A DNA stretch of 64,000 nt, taken from contig JACROC010000006.1 of assembly GCA_016214655.1 (NCBI GenBank), positions 21,377-85,376 of the forward strand, given 5' to 3'. Both the position numbers and the translations under genes were made by a program. The notes beneath the pieces are model-generated. The model ran no database searches. It was not told the origin of the DNA and was given only the letters and a program-made list of their open reading frames with translations. This DNA comes from Candidatus Harrisonbacteria bacterium. GTDB taxonomy: Bacteria > Patescibacteriota > Minisyncoccia > UBA6257 > 02-FULL-45-10c. Of this stretch, positions 11,551-21,695 are shown one piece after another (within the stretch, counting starts at the first letter, position 1; each line of letters begins with the position of its first letter).

Positions 11551-12768
11551 ATGCGGGATAAACAGGTGCAGAATTTGGTTGGGCAAGAATTGAGGCGGCA
11601 GCAGCTTTCGCTTGATTTAATTGCTTCGGAAAATTACGTTTCTCCCCAGATACTGAAGATTTTAGGATCGCCGCTGGTTAATAAATATTCCGAGGGTTAT
11701 CCGGGAAAGCGATATTATCCCGGCAATGAATTTTATGACCTGATTGAAAAATTGGCCCAAGACCGGGCCAGGAAGGTTTTTAATCTGTCTCACCGGAGCT
11801 GGGATGTTAACGTTCAGCCGTATTCCGGTTCGCCTGCAAATCTGGCGGTTTATTTCGCTTTAATGGATCCGGGTGATGTTTTGATGGGTATGAATTTGAT
11901 GTCTGGCGGCCATTTGACCCATGGCCATAAAGTGAATTTTTCCGGCAAAATTTATAAATCGGTCCAATACGGCGTTAATGAACAAACCGGGTTGGTAGAT
12001 TATTCCAAGGCGGCAAATCTAGCCAGAAAATATAAACCAAAGGTTATTGTTTCCGGGTTAACGGCTTATCCCAGAAAAATTAATTTCAAAAAATTCGGCC
12101 AGATTGCCAAATCGGTCGGCGCATATCATTTGGCGGACATTTCACACATTGCCGGCTTGGTAGCGGCTGGTTTGCACCAGTCCCCATTTCATTATAGTGA
12201 CGTAGTAATGACCACAACTCATAAGACTTTGCGCGGTCCAAGGGGCGCGATAATTTTTGCCAGGAAAGAATTATCTGAAAAAATAGATAGGGCGGTTTTT
12301 CCCGGGATTCAGGGCGGCCCGCACAATAACGTAGTTGCCGCCAAAGCAGTGATGTTTTTTGAGGCGCTAAAGCCGGAATTTAAGCGGTATCAGCGGCAAG
12401 TTGTAAAAAACGCCGCTGCTCTGGCTGGTAATTTAAGGGATTTAGGATTTAAATTAGTTACCGGCGGAACGGATAATCATTTGATTCTCGTTGATCTCAG
12501 GGATTCTTTGATTGACGGGTTAACCGCGGAGAAAATACTGGAAAAAAATAATATTACTGCGAATCGCAATGCTATACCGGGTGACTATTCTCCGTTTAAG
12601 CCGTCGGGCATCAGAATCGGCACGCCAGCGGTCACCACTCGTAGGATGGGCGAGTCGGAAATGTCTGAAATTGCCGGATTCATTTATCTGGCTTTAATTA
12701 AAAAACGAGATGTTAAAAAGGAAGTTGAAAAATTATGCAGAAGGTTTCCCTTGGAATATGGATATTAA
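11551..12768 (+). CDS. glyA: Serine hydroxymethyltransferase
   Basis: LIASEN, NKYSEGYPGKRYY, GGHLTHG and TTTHKTLRGPRG; ATG at 11551. Confidence 0.97.
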   Translation: MRDKQVQNLVGQELRRQQLSLDLIASENYVSPQILKILGSPLVNKYSEGYPGKRYYPGNEFYDLIEKLAQDRARKVFNLSHRSWDVNVQPYSGSPANLAVYFALMDPGDVLMGMNLMSGGHLTHGHKVNFSGKIYKSVQYGVNEQTGLVDYSKAANLARKYKPKVIVSGLTAYPRKINFKKFGQIAKSVGAYHLADISHIAGLVAAGLHQSPFHYSDVVMTTTHKTLRGPRGAIIFARKELSEKIDRAVFPGIQGGPHNNVVAAKAVMFFEALKPEFKRYQRQVVKNAAALAGNLRDLGFKLVTGGTDNHLILVDLRDSLIDGLTAEKILEKNNITANRNAIPGDYSPFKPSGIRIGTPAVTTRRMGESEMSEIAGFIYLALIKKRDVKKEVEKLCRRFPLEYGY

Positions 12769-13654
12769 AAATTTTATTGTAAATTATCATTATGTTGAGG
12801 ATCCCCGGCCGGATTTTTCCGGCATTTGGCCGTGCTCTATTAGCGAATTTGAGCGTCAAATAAAATTCTTATCCGGTAATTTTTCTATAGTGTCGGCTGT
12901 TGACGTTTATAGGGCATCCCAGGAGAATAGCGGGGGTAATTATTGCGCCATTACTTTTGATGACGGCTTGAGGGATCAATATCAGAATGCGGTCCCGATT
13001 TTGAAAAAATATAACGCGACCGCGACTTTTTTTATTATTACTGATACCCTTAATGGATTTTTGCCACCCGCCCACCAGATCCACTTTTTGCTTTCCAAAG
13101 TTCCGGCAGAAAAATTAATTGATTTATTCAACGATTTTCAGAACCAATATCAGATACCCAAAGATCGGAGAGTTAATCCTAAAAAAAGACTTTTTGAGGA
13201 TATTTTGATTGCCAATTTTAAAGAAACTATGATGTCGGCGCCCCAAGACCTGACAGAACCGTTTTTGGGACATTGTTTTGAAAATCTTTCTTTGGATCCG
13301 GAAAAGTTCGGGCGGGGAACCTTTATGGATGAGCCGGAAATTCTCAGTTTAAGAAACACCGGTTTTTCCATCGGCAGCCACGCCCATAAACATTATTTGG
13401 AAGAAAGCATTAATCAAAAATATTTTCCTAGCGAGGTACGGGATTCTAAAAAAATTCTCGGGAGACTCCTCGGAGAAGATCCGACGATTTTCTCTTATCC
13501 CCATGGCCGGCACAATAATGAGGTTATCGCCCTTTTAAAAGAAGAAGGATTTAAACACGCTTTTATCACGGATCCGCGTCCCCCGAGGGCTGGAGACAAT
13601 CCGTATCTTATACCGAGACTGGATACCAACGATATTAAAAAATTAATTTATTAA
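12758..13654 (+). CDS. Polysaccharide deacetylase (NodB/CE4)
   Basis: ITFDDG, GSHAHKH and FSYPHG; ATG at 12758. Confidence 0.88.
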   Translation: MDIKNFIVNYHYVEDPRPDFSGIWPCSISEFERQIKFLSGNFSIVSAVDVYRASQENSGGNYCAITFDDGLRDQYQNAVPILKKYNATATFFIITDTLNGFLPPAHQIHFLLSKVPAEKLIDLFNDFQNQYQIPKDRRVNPKKRLFEDILIANFKETMMSAPQDLTEPFLGHCFENLSLDPEKFGRGTFMDEPEILSLRNTGFSIGSHAHKHYLEESINQKYFPSEVRDSKKILGRLLGEDPTIFSYPHGRHNNEVIALLKEEGFKHAFITDPRPPRAGDNPYLIPRLDTNDIKKLIY

Positions 13655-13656
13655 TT

Positions 13657-14454
13657 ATGGTTTCAGCAGTTTTAATAACCAGCAATGCTTTACGGCATCA
13701 TTTTGTCGCCAATTATCTTTCTGACCATTTGAATTTGGCGGGCGTGGTATCTGAAGCCAAGCTTGCTTCTCCTCAGGGCGCCACCGTGGCGGAGGATGAA
13801 ATCATAAAAACGCATTTGCAGGAATTGAAAGAAACAGAGAAAGAATTTTTCGGTGGATATGAAAATTTTAAAATTCCAAAAAGCAGCGTATTAGAAATCG
13901 CGCGCGGCACTTCTAATGACCCCGCGGTTTTTGAGTGGGTTAAAAATAAAAATCCGGAATACCTGATTTTATTCGGATCCTCAATAATCAAAGACCCCCT
14001 TTTGAGTTATTTTAAGGATAAGGTGATTAATATGCATTTGGGTTTGTCCCCGTATTATCGCGGCTCTGGAACTAATTTTTGGCCCCTGGTATTTCGCGAA
14101 CCGGAGTGTGTCGGCGCAACTATTCATTTGGCGACGCTTGAGGTTGATGCCGGCGCAATCTTGGGTCAAGTGAGGCCGGACTTTGTTCCTGGTGATAATT
14201 GCCACACTTTGGGTTTTAAAACCGTTATTGCCGGAACGCAGTTACTGGTAAAGATCATTGGGGCGTATAATAAAGGAAATCTGGCGGGGCATAGACAAAA
14301 TCTGTCTATTGGCAAAGTATTTAAGAAAAAGAATTTTAATGCCGAAGCAGTGTTAGCTATGAGGAAAAATTTTGAAACCGGAATGATTGAAGAATATTTA
14401 AATGATCAGGCAGATCGCAATCAACAATATCCAATAATTTCCCCATTTTTATAA
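13657..14454 (+). CDS. Formyltransferase-family protein
   Basis: INMHLGLSPYYRG and GATIH...VDAG. Confidence 0.8.
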   Translation: MVSAVLITSNALRHHFVANYLSDHLNLAGVVSEAKLASPQGATVAEDEIIKTHLQELKETEKEFFGGYENFKIPKSSVLEIARGTSNDPAVFEWVKNKNPEYLILFGSSIIKDPLLSYFKDKVINMHLGLSPYYRGSGTNFWPLVFREPECVGATIHLATLEVDAGAILGQVRPDFVPGDNCHTLGFKTVIAGTQLLVKIIGAYNKGNLAGHRQNLSIGKVFKKKNFNAEAVLAMRKNFETGMIEEYLNDQADRNQQYPIISPFL

Positions 14455-14487
14455 AAAATAAATTAGAAATTAATTTTTAGATAACCC

Positions 14488-15855
14488 ATGCACCCACAAC
14501 CAGCAAAAACTATTTTTCTTACTAGCTTCCACGTGCTTATTTCCAGAAATATCCTCTCGACACCAATTTTAAAGATGTTGACTGATAAAGGCGTACAAAT
14601 AGTTATCTTGGTACCAGATTACAAGAAAGAATTTTTTGAAAAGAACTTTTCCGGACCAAACATTATCATTGAGGGGATAGAGGCATATGGGTTCTCAAAG
14701 AGTTTTATTGGCTTATTCTTTAAACGCTTGTCGCGTGTTATTCTTGATACGGATACAGTAAGGATTAGAATGAAGTATAAGCTCGTTGTAGAGAGAAAAT
14801 TTATATATTATTTTTTATTTTTTGTGCCGGCGAAGATTTTAGGGAAATCCAAAACTGTAATTAGCCTGATAAGATTTTTAGATTATAAACTGCGCTCGAA
14901 GCCGGGATATTTCCTGGATTTATTTAATAGATATCATCCTGATCTTATAGTCGCCACTGATGTGAATAATGAGAATGATGTTGCATTACTTCAGGATGCA
15001 AAGGCCAAAAAAATGCCGACAGCTGCTATTGTGCGGTCGTGGGATAATTTAACAAATTTTCTAATGAGAAGCACACCCGATTGGTTGGTTGTTGCAAATG
15101 AGATTATGAAATCACAAGTAATTACATATCATGGCCTCAGGGCGGAGAATGTTTTGGTAACCGGGATGCCGCATTATGACCGCTATATCCGCGGTGCTAC
15201 GATGAGTCGTAAAGAATTTTTTGATTCCATTGACGCAGATCAAAGGAAGAAATTAATTTTATATGTGCCAGTTGCGGATTATCGGGTGAAAGAAAATGAT
15301 ATTGATTCGTATATTATACGCTTACTTTCAAGTCTAGATGTAAATACTCTTGTCCGTTTTCCCCCCGCAGCTACGGTGGCAGTGGATAAAACTCAATTTC
15401 CGGAGAATGTGATCTTTGACGAGCCGGGAGTTCGATTCGGCGGCAAGGGAGATAGCGAGATGACGAAAGAGGATGACGATGGGTTGATTAATATTCTTTC
15501 TTATTCTGACGTGGTTGTATCCGGTCCGGGCACGATGAATATTGATGCGGCGATTTTTGATAAACCAATTGTGCTTGTGAATTTATATCCCACCCAGCGT
15601 ATTCAATTGGAGGGTATCAAAGAATACGGATATACACATATCCAAAATATATTAAAAACCGGCGGAATTCGTATGGCGACGAATAAAGAAGAACTTTTTG
15701 ATTTTATCAATCTGTATTTTAAAAATCCGAGTTTGGATGCTGATGGCAGGCGGAGAATTACCAGAGAACAGTGTTACAAATTAGATGGCAGAAGTAGCGA
15801 ACGCGTTACTAACCATATTTTAAGATTTTTGTCTGAAAATGAAATCATTGCTTAA
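14488..15855 (+). CDS. TagB/TagF-like transferase, paralog 3
   Basis: RSWDNL, GMPHYD, RFPP and DAAIFDKP. Confidence 0.7.
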   Translation: MHPQPAKTIFLTSFHVLISRNILSTPILKMLTDKGVQIVILVPDYKKEFFEKNFSGPNIIIEGIEAYGFSKSFIGLFFKRLSRVILDTDTVRIRMKYKLVVERKFIYYFLFFVPAKILGKSKTVISLIRFLDYKLRSKPGYFLDLFNRYHPDLIVATDVNNENDVALLQDAKAKKMPTAAIVRSWDNLTNFLMRSTPDWLVVANEIMKSQVITYHGLRAENVLVTGMPHYDRYIRGATMSRKEFFDSIDADQRKKLILYVPVADYRVKENDIDSYIIRLLSSLDVNTLVRFPPAATVAVDKTQFPENVIFDEPGVRFGGKGDSEMTKEDDDGLINILSYSDVVVSGPGTMNIDAAIFDKPIVLVNLYPTQRIQLEGIKEYGYTHIQNILKTGGIRMATNKEELFDFINLYFKNPSLDADGRRRITREQCYKLDGRSSERVTNHILRFLSENEIIA

Positions 15856-16699
15856 TAAAATTAAAAATTTCTTACGTTGTCCCCTAGATTATTCTGCGCA
15901 ATTCGAATTAAGTGGGGGCGTATTTATTTGTCGAGGGTGTAAGAAGGAATATGGTATCCGTGATGGAAAGGTAATTTTTGATCATCCACCCAGCGATGTA
16001 CTTGTTTGTACTAAAAGAAATCCGATTGATAAAACAAAATGGAGTGAGTGGCGGGCTGCCAACTTCGAATATTTAAAAAGTTTTCTTTTAGAGGAGGAAA
16101 AAAATAAAATCTTAATTGATATTGGCGCGGGTACTGCTTCTTTCCGCGAATTGACTGGATCATTCAAAACTACAATTGGTATTGATTTTTATCCACATGA
16201 GATGGTTGATGTGGTGGCAGATGTTACTAAGCCATTACCAATTAGAGATGAGAGTTGTGACATAGTTTTTTTGTCCAATGTTTTAGAGCATATTCCTGAG
16301 CCACAGCCGTTGCTCGATGAGTGTTATCGTATTTTAAAGCCGAGAGGATATATTATTGGCGCAGTTCCCTTTCTGATGCAAATTCATCAAGAACCTTATG
16401 ATTTCAATCGTTATACTGATTTTATGCTTGAGCGAATGTTGGCTCATAGTGGATTTGAGCGTACGCGGGTCACATCATTAGGAACGCCGTTAGATGTATA
16501 TCGCACGATGCAGAGAGAATATTTCCACATTTTATTAAATAAGCAATTGTCGGTGAATATTTTCAAAAATTCTGTCTTACAATTCGCAATTCGCTTTACC
16601 AGAAAAATTACTTATCTCTTTACTCGCATCTATAAGTTGTTCCCCCTCCTCTCATCTAATAGATATACGGAAGGATATGGTTTTATTGGATATAAATAA
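15839..16699 (+). CDS. Class I SAM-dependent methyltransferase with Trm112-like N-terminus
   Basis: LRCP...CRGC; IDIGAG; NVLEH; RILKPRG. Confidence 0.85.
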   Translation: MKSLLNKIKNFLRCPLDYSAQFELSGGVFICRGCKKEYGIRDGKVIFDHPPSDVLVCTKRNPIDKTKWSEWRAANFEYLKSFLLEEEKNKILIDIGAGTASFRELTGSFKTTIGIDFYPHEMVDVVADVTKPLPIRDESCDIVFLSNVLEHIPEPQPLLDECYRILKPRGYIIGAVPFLMQIHQEPYDFNRYTDFMLERMLAHSGFERTRVTSLGTPLDVYRTMQREYFHILLNKQLSVNIFKNSVLQFAIRFTRKITYLFTRIYKLFPLLSSNRYTEGYGFIGYK

Positions 16700-16773
16700 C
16701 TATTGACGAGCTATTACTTTTTTAGTAAGCTTTTTTTAGCTACATTGACTTCTATATAGAGGAGGAACGGAAG

Positions 16774-17715
16774 ATGCAAAGAGTAAAGATCGCGGGTTTA
16801 GAGGTTGGAGATGGCGCCCCCGTTTTTATGATTGCCGAGATTGGAATTAACCATAATGGCAGTTTAGATGTTGTTAAAAAATTAATTGATGCCGCTGCTG
16901 AAGCGGGGTGTCAAGCGGTAAAGTTCCAAAAGCGCACAATTCCAGTTATTTATTCTGAAGCCGAGCTCCAGAAGCCTCGTGAAGTGCCCGCTGATGTGAT
17001 CGTGCGAGCTCTGAAGAGGGGGGTTCTTTCTAAAGAGGCAGTTGTTCGCCTTGTCGACTCGGATCTTCGGCAGACAACAAATGGCGATTTGAAGCTGGCG
17101 TTGGAGTTGACGGCATCAGAGTATGCCGAAATTGATGTATATTGTAAAACAAAAAACATGCTTTGGTTCGCTTCTCCTTGGGATGAGGATAGCGTTGATT
17201 TTTTGGATCAATTTAATCCCTGTTGTTATAAAGTGGCATCTGCGTCATTAACTGATGACGGATTATTGGAGTATATTCGTTCTAGGGGGTGTCCCGTGAT
17301 TCTTTCAACTGGTATGAGTACTCTTGAGCAGATTGATCATGCGATTGATGTCCTTGGAGAGGATGATCTGGTATTACTGCATTGCGTTTCTACTTATCCA
17401 GCAGAGTACAAAGAACTTAATCTCCGCGTAATTCCGGTTTTAAAAGCAAGATATGATATTCCGGTAGGATATAGCGGTCATGAGCGAGGTATCCATTCGT
17501 CAGCTCATGCAGTTGCGTTAGGCGCTTGTGCAGTCGAAAGACATGTGACCCTTGATCGTATAATGTGGGGTAGTGATCAGGCTGCTAGTATTGAGCCGAA
17601 AGGATTGGAGTCATTAGTAAAAGAGATTCGTCATTTAGAGGAGGCATTGGGAGATGGAGAGAAGCGATTACTTGATTCAGAAGTTCCTATTATGAAGAAA
17701 CTGCGACGGAAATAA
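16774..17715 (+). CDS. neuB: Nonulosonic acid (N-acetylneuraminate-family) synthase 1, without C-terminal SAF domain
   Basis: IAEIGINHNG, AVKFQ, LSTGMS, LHCVSTYP, GYSGH and ERHVTLD; SD GAGGAGG upstream. Confidence 0.9.
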   Translation: MQRVKIAGLEVGDGAPVFMIAEIGINHNGSLDVVKKLIDAAAEAGCQAVKFQKRTIPVIYSEAELQKPREVPADVIVRALKRGVLSKEAVVRLVDSDLRQTTNGDLKLALELTASEYAEIDVYCKTKNMLWFASPWDEDSVDFLDQFNPCCYKVASASLTDDGLLEYIRSRGCPVILSTGMSTLEQIDHAIDVLGEDDLVLLHCVSTYPAEYKELNLRVIPVLKARYDIPVGYSGHERGIHSSAHAVALGACAVERHVTLDRIMWGSDQAASIEPKGLESLVKEIRHLEEALGDGEKRLLDSEVPIMKKLRRK

Positions 17716-17727
17716 AGATGTACACCG

Positions 17728-17752
17728 CCGGATTATCTGATCCGGCTTTTTT
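17728..17752 (+). terminator. Rho-independent terminator
   Basis: GCCGGAT..ATCCGGC stem followed by a T-tract after the neuB stop. Confidence 0.7.
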
Positions 17753-17818
17753 ATTTGCTAAATATCAATTTTTGTGTTAGATTGCTTCTAGTTTCCTTGA
17801 GAAGTCAATGGAGGGAAG

Positions 17819-18556
17819 ATGCAAAATCTCTTTTCTTTAAATGGGAAAGTGATAATTCTTACTGGCGGCAGCGGGTTTTTGGGATCATATTATATGCGAG
17901 CTTTGCGTGATGCGGGCGCTATCGTTATCGATTGGGATTTGAAATCTGGCATTGATATTACCGATGATCAATCAGTCGCGGCAGCAATTGAGAATGTTTT
18001 GGAGAAATATGGAAGAGTTGATGGATTGGTCAATAATGCGGCGCTGGATGCAAAACCACATTCTGATCCAGCGAGTAATTGGAAGCCGTATGAAGAATTT
18101 CCAATGGATCTTTGGGAGAGAGAATTGGCGGTAAATCTGACGGGTGCAATGAGGGTGACTAAGGTGGTTGTCCCGTACATGATGCGTCAGCGTTTCGGCT
18201 CTATTATTTTTGTAGCTTCTGATTTGGCTTTAATTGCGCCAAATAATTCTATCTACGATGCGGGTCGCTTTAAGGATATTGCTTATATCACTTCAAAGGC
18301 TGGTCTTCTTGGCCTGATGCGAGCATGGGCTTCGCGACTCGGGTCATACAATGTCCGAGTAAATGCGTTCGTCCCCGGCGGAGTTTTTAACGGCCATTCG
18401 GAAGAATTTGTAAAAAAGAATGGGGCGCTTAACATGTTGGGGCGTATGGCTGAGCCAAACGAGTACAGTGGCGCAATTATCTTTTTACTTTCCGATGCCT
18501 CAACATTTATGACTGGTTCATGTATGGTGATGGATGGAGGGAGGACTGCATGGTAA
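17819..18556 (+). CDS. SDR oxidoreductase (PtmA/FlmA-like, nonulosonate-cluster type)
   Basis: TGGSGFLG, NNAA, YITSK and DGGRTAW. Confidence 0.85.
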   Translation: MQNLFSLNGKVIILTGGSGFLGSYYMRALRDAGAIVIDWDLKSGIDITDDQSVAAAIENVLEKYGRVDGLVNNAALDAKPHSDPASNWKPYEEFPMDLWERELAVNLTGAMRVTKVVVPYMMRQRFGSIIFVASDLALIAPNNSIYDAGRFKDIAYITSKAGLLGLMRAWASRLGSYNVRVNAFVPGGVFNGHSEEFVKKNGALNMLGRMAEPNEYSGAIIFLLSDASTFMTGSCMVMDGGRTAW

Positions 18557-19551
18557 ATAAAATGAAGTTCCTTTTGTGCGGAATAGGGTCAATGGGGCAG
18601 AGGCATTTTCGGAATTTGAATGGATTGAGGCAGGAAATTGCACTTTTTCGGTCAAAACAAACAACCACTCCTTTTATTGAAAAGTTTTTTGAGGAGCAAA
18701 GAAAGAAAGGATTATTAATCCCTCTTTTTTATGACCTAGAGCTAGCATTGACAAGTTTTCGGCCGGATGCAGTTGTGGTTGCAAATCCTAATTCTCTGCA
18801 TATGCCCATTTCGTTGGCTGGCGCAAGAGCTGGTTGCCATCTTTTTATTGAAAAGCCAGTTTCCCATACGATGGATCAGATGGACGAATTGACAGAATTA
18901 CTCAAGAAGAAGAATTTAATTGCAATGGTCGGCTATAATCTTCGGTTTCATCCGCTTTTACAATTGATGAAAAGGATGTACGAATCCGGAGAAATCGGGC
19001 GCGCTGTATCTGTCCATGTTGAAGTTGGAGAAAATATTGAGGATTGGCATCCGTGGGAAGATTATAGAGACGCATACGCATGCTGGAAAAGCGGCGGTGG
19101 CGGAGTAACGTTATGTTTTAGCCACGACATAGATTATCTTTATTGGTTTTTTGGAATGCCAGAACGCGTGCAGGCTATTGGGGGTAAAAAGGCTCCGCTT
19201 GGCGGAGATGCCGAGGATACTATAAAGGCACTTATGGAATTTCGCGGCGGGCTAATTGCCTCGCTCCACATGGATTATTGGCAGAGACCAAAAAAGCGGA
19301 CATTTGAAATTATAGGAACACTTGGAAGGATGATGTGGGATTGCGGCGCAGGGACATTGGTGCTGGAAAAAAGAGATCTAATCAAAAAAACTTTTGACGT
19401 CCCAAAGAATTTCGATAGGAATGATATGTTTATTTCTGAGATGAAAAATTTTATTTTATCCGCAGAAAATAAAGAAAATCTACTTATTCCATTTGAAGAA
19501 GGGGTTGATGTTCTTAGGATTTGTATTGACATTAAGAAAAAAATTTATTAA
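18550..19551 (+). CDS. Gfo/Idh/MocA oxidoreductase
   Basis: GIGSMGQRH, FIEKP, VGYNLRF and SHDID. Confidence 0.88.
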   Translation: MVNKMKFLLCGIGSMGQRHFRNLNGLRQEIALFRSKQTTTPFIEKFFEEQRKKGLLIPLFYDLELALTSFRPDAVVVANPNSLHMPISLAGARAGCHLFIEKPVSHTMDQMDELTELLKKKNLIAMVGYNLRFHPLLQLMKRMYESGEIGRAVSVHVEVGENIEDWHPWEDYRDAYACWKSGGGGVTLCFSHDIDYLYWFFGMPERVQAIGGKKAPLGGDAEDTIKALMEFRGGLIASLHMDYWQRPKKRTFEIIGTLGRMMWDCGAGTLVLEKRDLIKKTFDVPKNFDRNDMFISEMKNFILSAENKENLLIPFEEGVDVLRICIDIKKKIY

Positions 19552-19560
19552 ATATATATT

Positions 19561-19590
19561 TCCGTGTTACGTAGACACGGATTTTTTTTT
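19561..19590 (+). terminator. Rho-independent terminator
   Basis: TCCGTGT..ACACGGA followed by a T-tract. Confidence 0.7.
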
Positions 19591-19607
19591 GAATTATCAT
19601 TAAAAAA

Positions 19608-20624
19608 ATGAATTATTACGAAATACAAAATCAATCCAGGAAATTGCTTTCTTGGTTTTTAGATATAAGATCGAAAATCCTTGATTTAGATGGAGAGCAC
19701 CGTGTTTATGAAATTGCCGAAATTATAGCTTGTAATTATAGAAATTTAAATATTAATTTTCCTAAAAATGAAGTCATTGTAAGCGCTCCTCAAATTACAA
19801 ATAATTATTTTAATAATGATTCGGAATATAGGAAGCCTGTTAAGGATTTATTTAATCTAGTAAACAGGGAGCTCTCTCCATTTGTCAGTCAATTTTATTT
19901 ACACGGTAGCTTAGCTACCGAAGATTATAAAAAGGGATGGAGCGATTTAGATACATTTATGGTTATTAATGGGGAGGTTGTATTAGACGCGAAAAAGCTA
20001 ATTAAACTTCGAGAAATATGTTTTAATGCCTGGCCGATATTTTTGGAAATTACCCCATTACAGCATCACGGATTTATAATCATTACTGAGCTTGATACAA
20101 AATGTTATTCTAATTCTTTTTTACCAACGGAAGTATTTAAGTTGTCACTAGCTATGAAAAATAACCAGCCAACGCTTAAATTGTTAATTCGGGACGATGA
20201 TGGGTTGTCTAAAAATTTATTATTAAATAGATTAGAGCTTGCTCGTGAATCGGCGAATGAAGGAATTTTTAAATATCATCCACACAATGGGAAATATCTT
20301 TTATCTGAATTTCGTAATGCAAACGATTCAATGCATCAACTGTTTTCATTTTTAGGAAATAATATGAATGCTCCAATTTATTTTTTAGATTCTATTGGGA
20401 AAGGCTGTCATAAAAAAGAATCTTTTTTAAGAGCGCGATCATATTTTTCGGATGAGGCCTGGAGCGTTATTGACAAAGCAAGTATTATCAGGGATTTATG
20501 GCCAGATAAGGAAGGTCAAAGATACAGAGGTAATGCGATTCCGAAGTGGGTTATGGAAATTTTAGGGAAAAATTATATTAAGGAAGCCGTTACTTTGTGG
20601 GAAGAAGCGGTTAGTAATGTTTAA
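19608..20624 (+). CDS. Pol-beta superfamily nucleotidyltransferase-like protein
   Basis: LHGSLATEDYKKGWSDLDTF matches hG[ST]x9-13DhD. Confidence 0.6.
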   Translation: MNYYEIQNQSRKLLSWFLDIRSKILDLDGEHRVYEIAEIIACNYRNLNINFPKNEVIVSAPQITNNYFNNDSEYRKPVKDLFNLVNRELSPFVSQFYLHGSLATEDYKKGWSDLDTFMVINGEVVLDAKKLIKLREICFNAWPIFLEITPLQHHGFIIITELDTKCYSNSFLPTEVFKLSLAMKNNQPTLKLLIRDDDGLSKNLLLNRLELARESANEGIFKYHPHNGKYLLSEFRNANDSMHQLFSFLGNNMNAPIYFLDSIGKGCHKKESFLRARSYFSDEAWSVIDKASIIRDLWPDKEGQRYRGNAIPKWVMEILGKNYIKEAVTLWEEAVSNV

Positions 20625-20636
20625 AAATGAAATATT

Positions 20637-21695
20637 ATGAATAAAAAATTTGTTAATCCACCGCCTCGCAATATTAGTTTGGCGAAATATGATGCTGCCC
20701 ACAAAGAGCTTATCGAAGTCTTTTCGCAGTTTACGGATGTTGCGGCTTTGTATGATTATGGCACCGTCCATAATCCCGGCATTAGCGACCTCGATATTTT
20801 TCTGATTTTAAAGGGTGATTTGCATTCTTCGAAGGCAGAAGACTATCTTATTAGTGAAAAGAAATTTCCCCATACATATTCTCTTCCCCGAGGCACATTA
20901 ATGGTTATGAATGTTGGTGATTTTCAAGGGGTTCACTGGTTTGACGATCAAATTAAACTAAGCCATTTTTTTGGAGATAAAATTATATTGCAGGATATAG
21001 ATCTAGAAATGCAACGGCAGAGATTTTTTGCAAGTATTATTGATTGGCTGCCAGAGCGTTTAGGTGCCTTAGTCCGCTTACTACAGAAATCGGAAATCGA
21101 CATAGTATTTTCGCTACGCGTATTGAGGTGTTATTGTTATACGTTGGAAAAATTATACAAACTTACCAAGGGTTCTCAATATCAGGAATTTGTTAATCGA
21201 GTTTTGGATTTAAGAAACCATTGGAATGACGGAAGAGAAAAAGAATTAGTTGAATTAATACGTGGAGGAATCGTATTAGGATGTAAAGCGCTTTTAGATG
21301 TTTCGGATACGATTCTAAAAAATGAAGAAGGAGCTGTTGGTGAATTATCTTTATATCCCGATCTGAGATTTCATTTTATTGATAATGCGCAACTATTATC
21401 TGCTCAATGGATTTTGTCCAATTTGCATCCATCGAGTATTGTTATCCCGGTTCCGAGCACATATGCCCCGCATTTTTCTTTTTATAGCCAGCAGCCGGGA
21501 TTTCTAGCGGAACAAATGCGTCGGCAAATGAATATGTCGTTGATGCTTCAACCGAAGAGTGAATTATATAGAAAATTTTTAGCTAAGAAAATCGGATTGG
21601 CAACTCGTGCCGGAGAATTTTTGCTTCGCAATGGATTTAAGGACGGGCTTTTTCGTTTTGGGTTCTATTTTAAAAATTATTTGAATAATTTTTAA
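20637..21695 (+). CDS. Pol-beta superfamily nucleotidyltransferase-like protein
   Basis: YDYGTVHNPGISDLDIFLIL motif. Confidence 0.55.
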   Translation: MNKKFVNPPPRNISLAKYDAAHKELIEVFSQFTDVAALYDYGTVHNPGISDLDIFLILKGDLHSSKAEDYLISEKKFPHTYSLPRGTLMVMNVGDFQGVHWFDDQIKLSHFFGDKIILQDIDLEMQRQRFFASIIDWLPERLGALVRLLQKSEIDIVFSLRVLRCYCYTLEKLYKLTKGSQYQEFVNRVLDLRNHWNDGREKELVELIRGGIVLGCKALLDVSDTILKNEEGAVGELSLYPDLRFHFIDNAQLLSAQWILSNLHPSSIVIPVPSTYAPHFSFYSQQPGFLAEQMRRQMNMSLMLQPKSELYRKFLAKKIGLATRAGEFLLRNGFKDGLFRFGFYFKNYLNNF

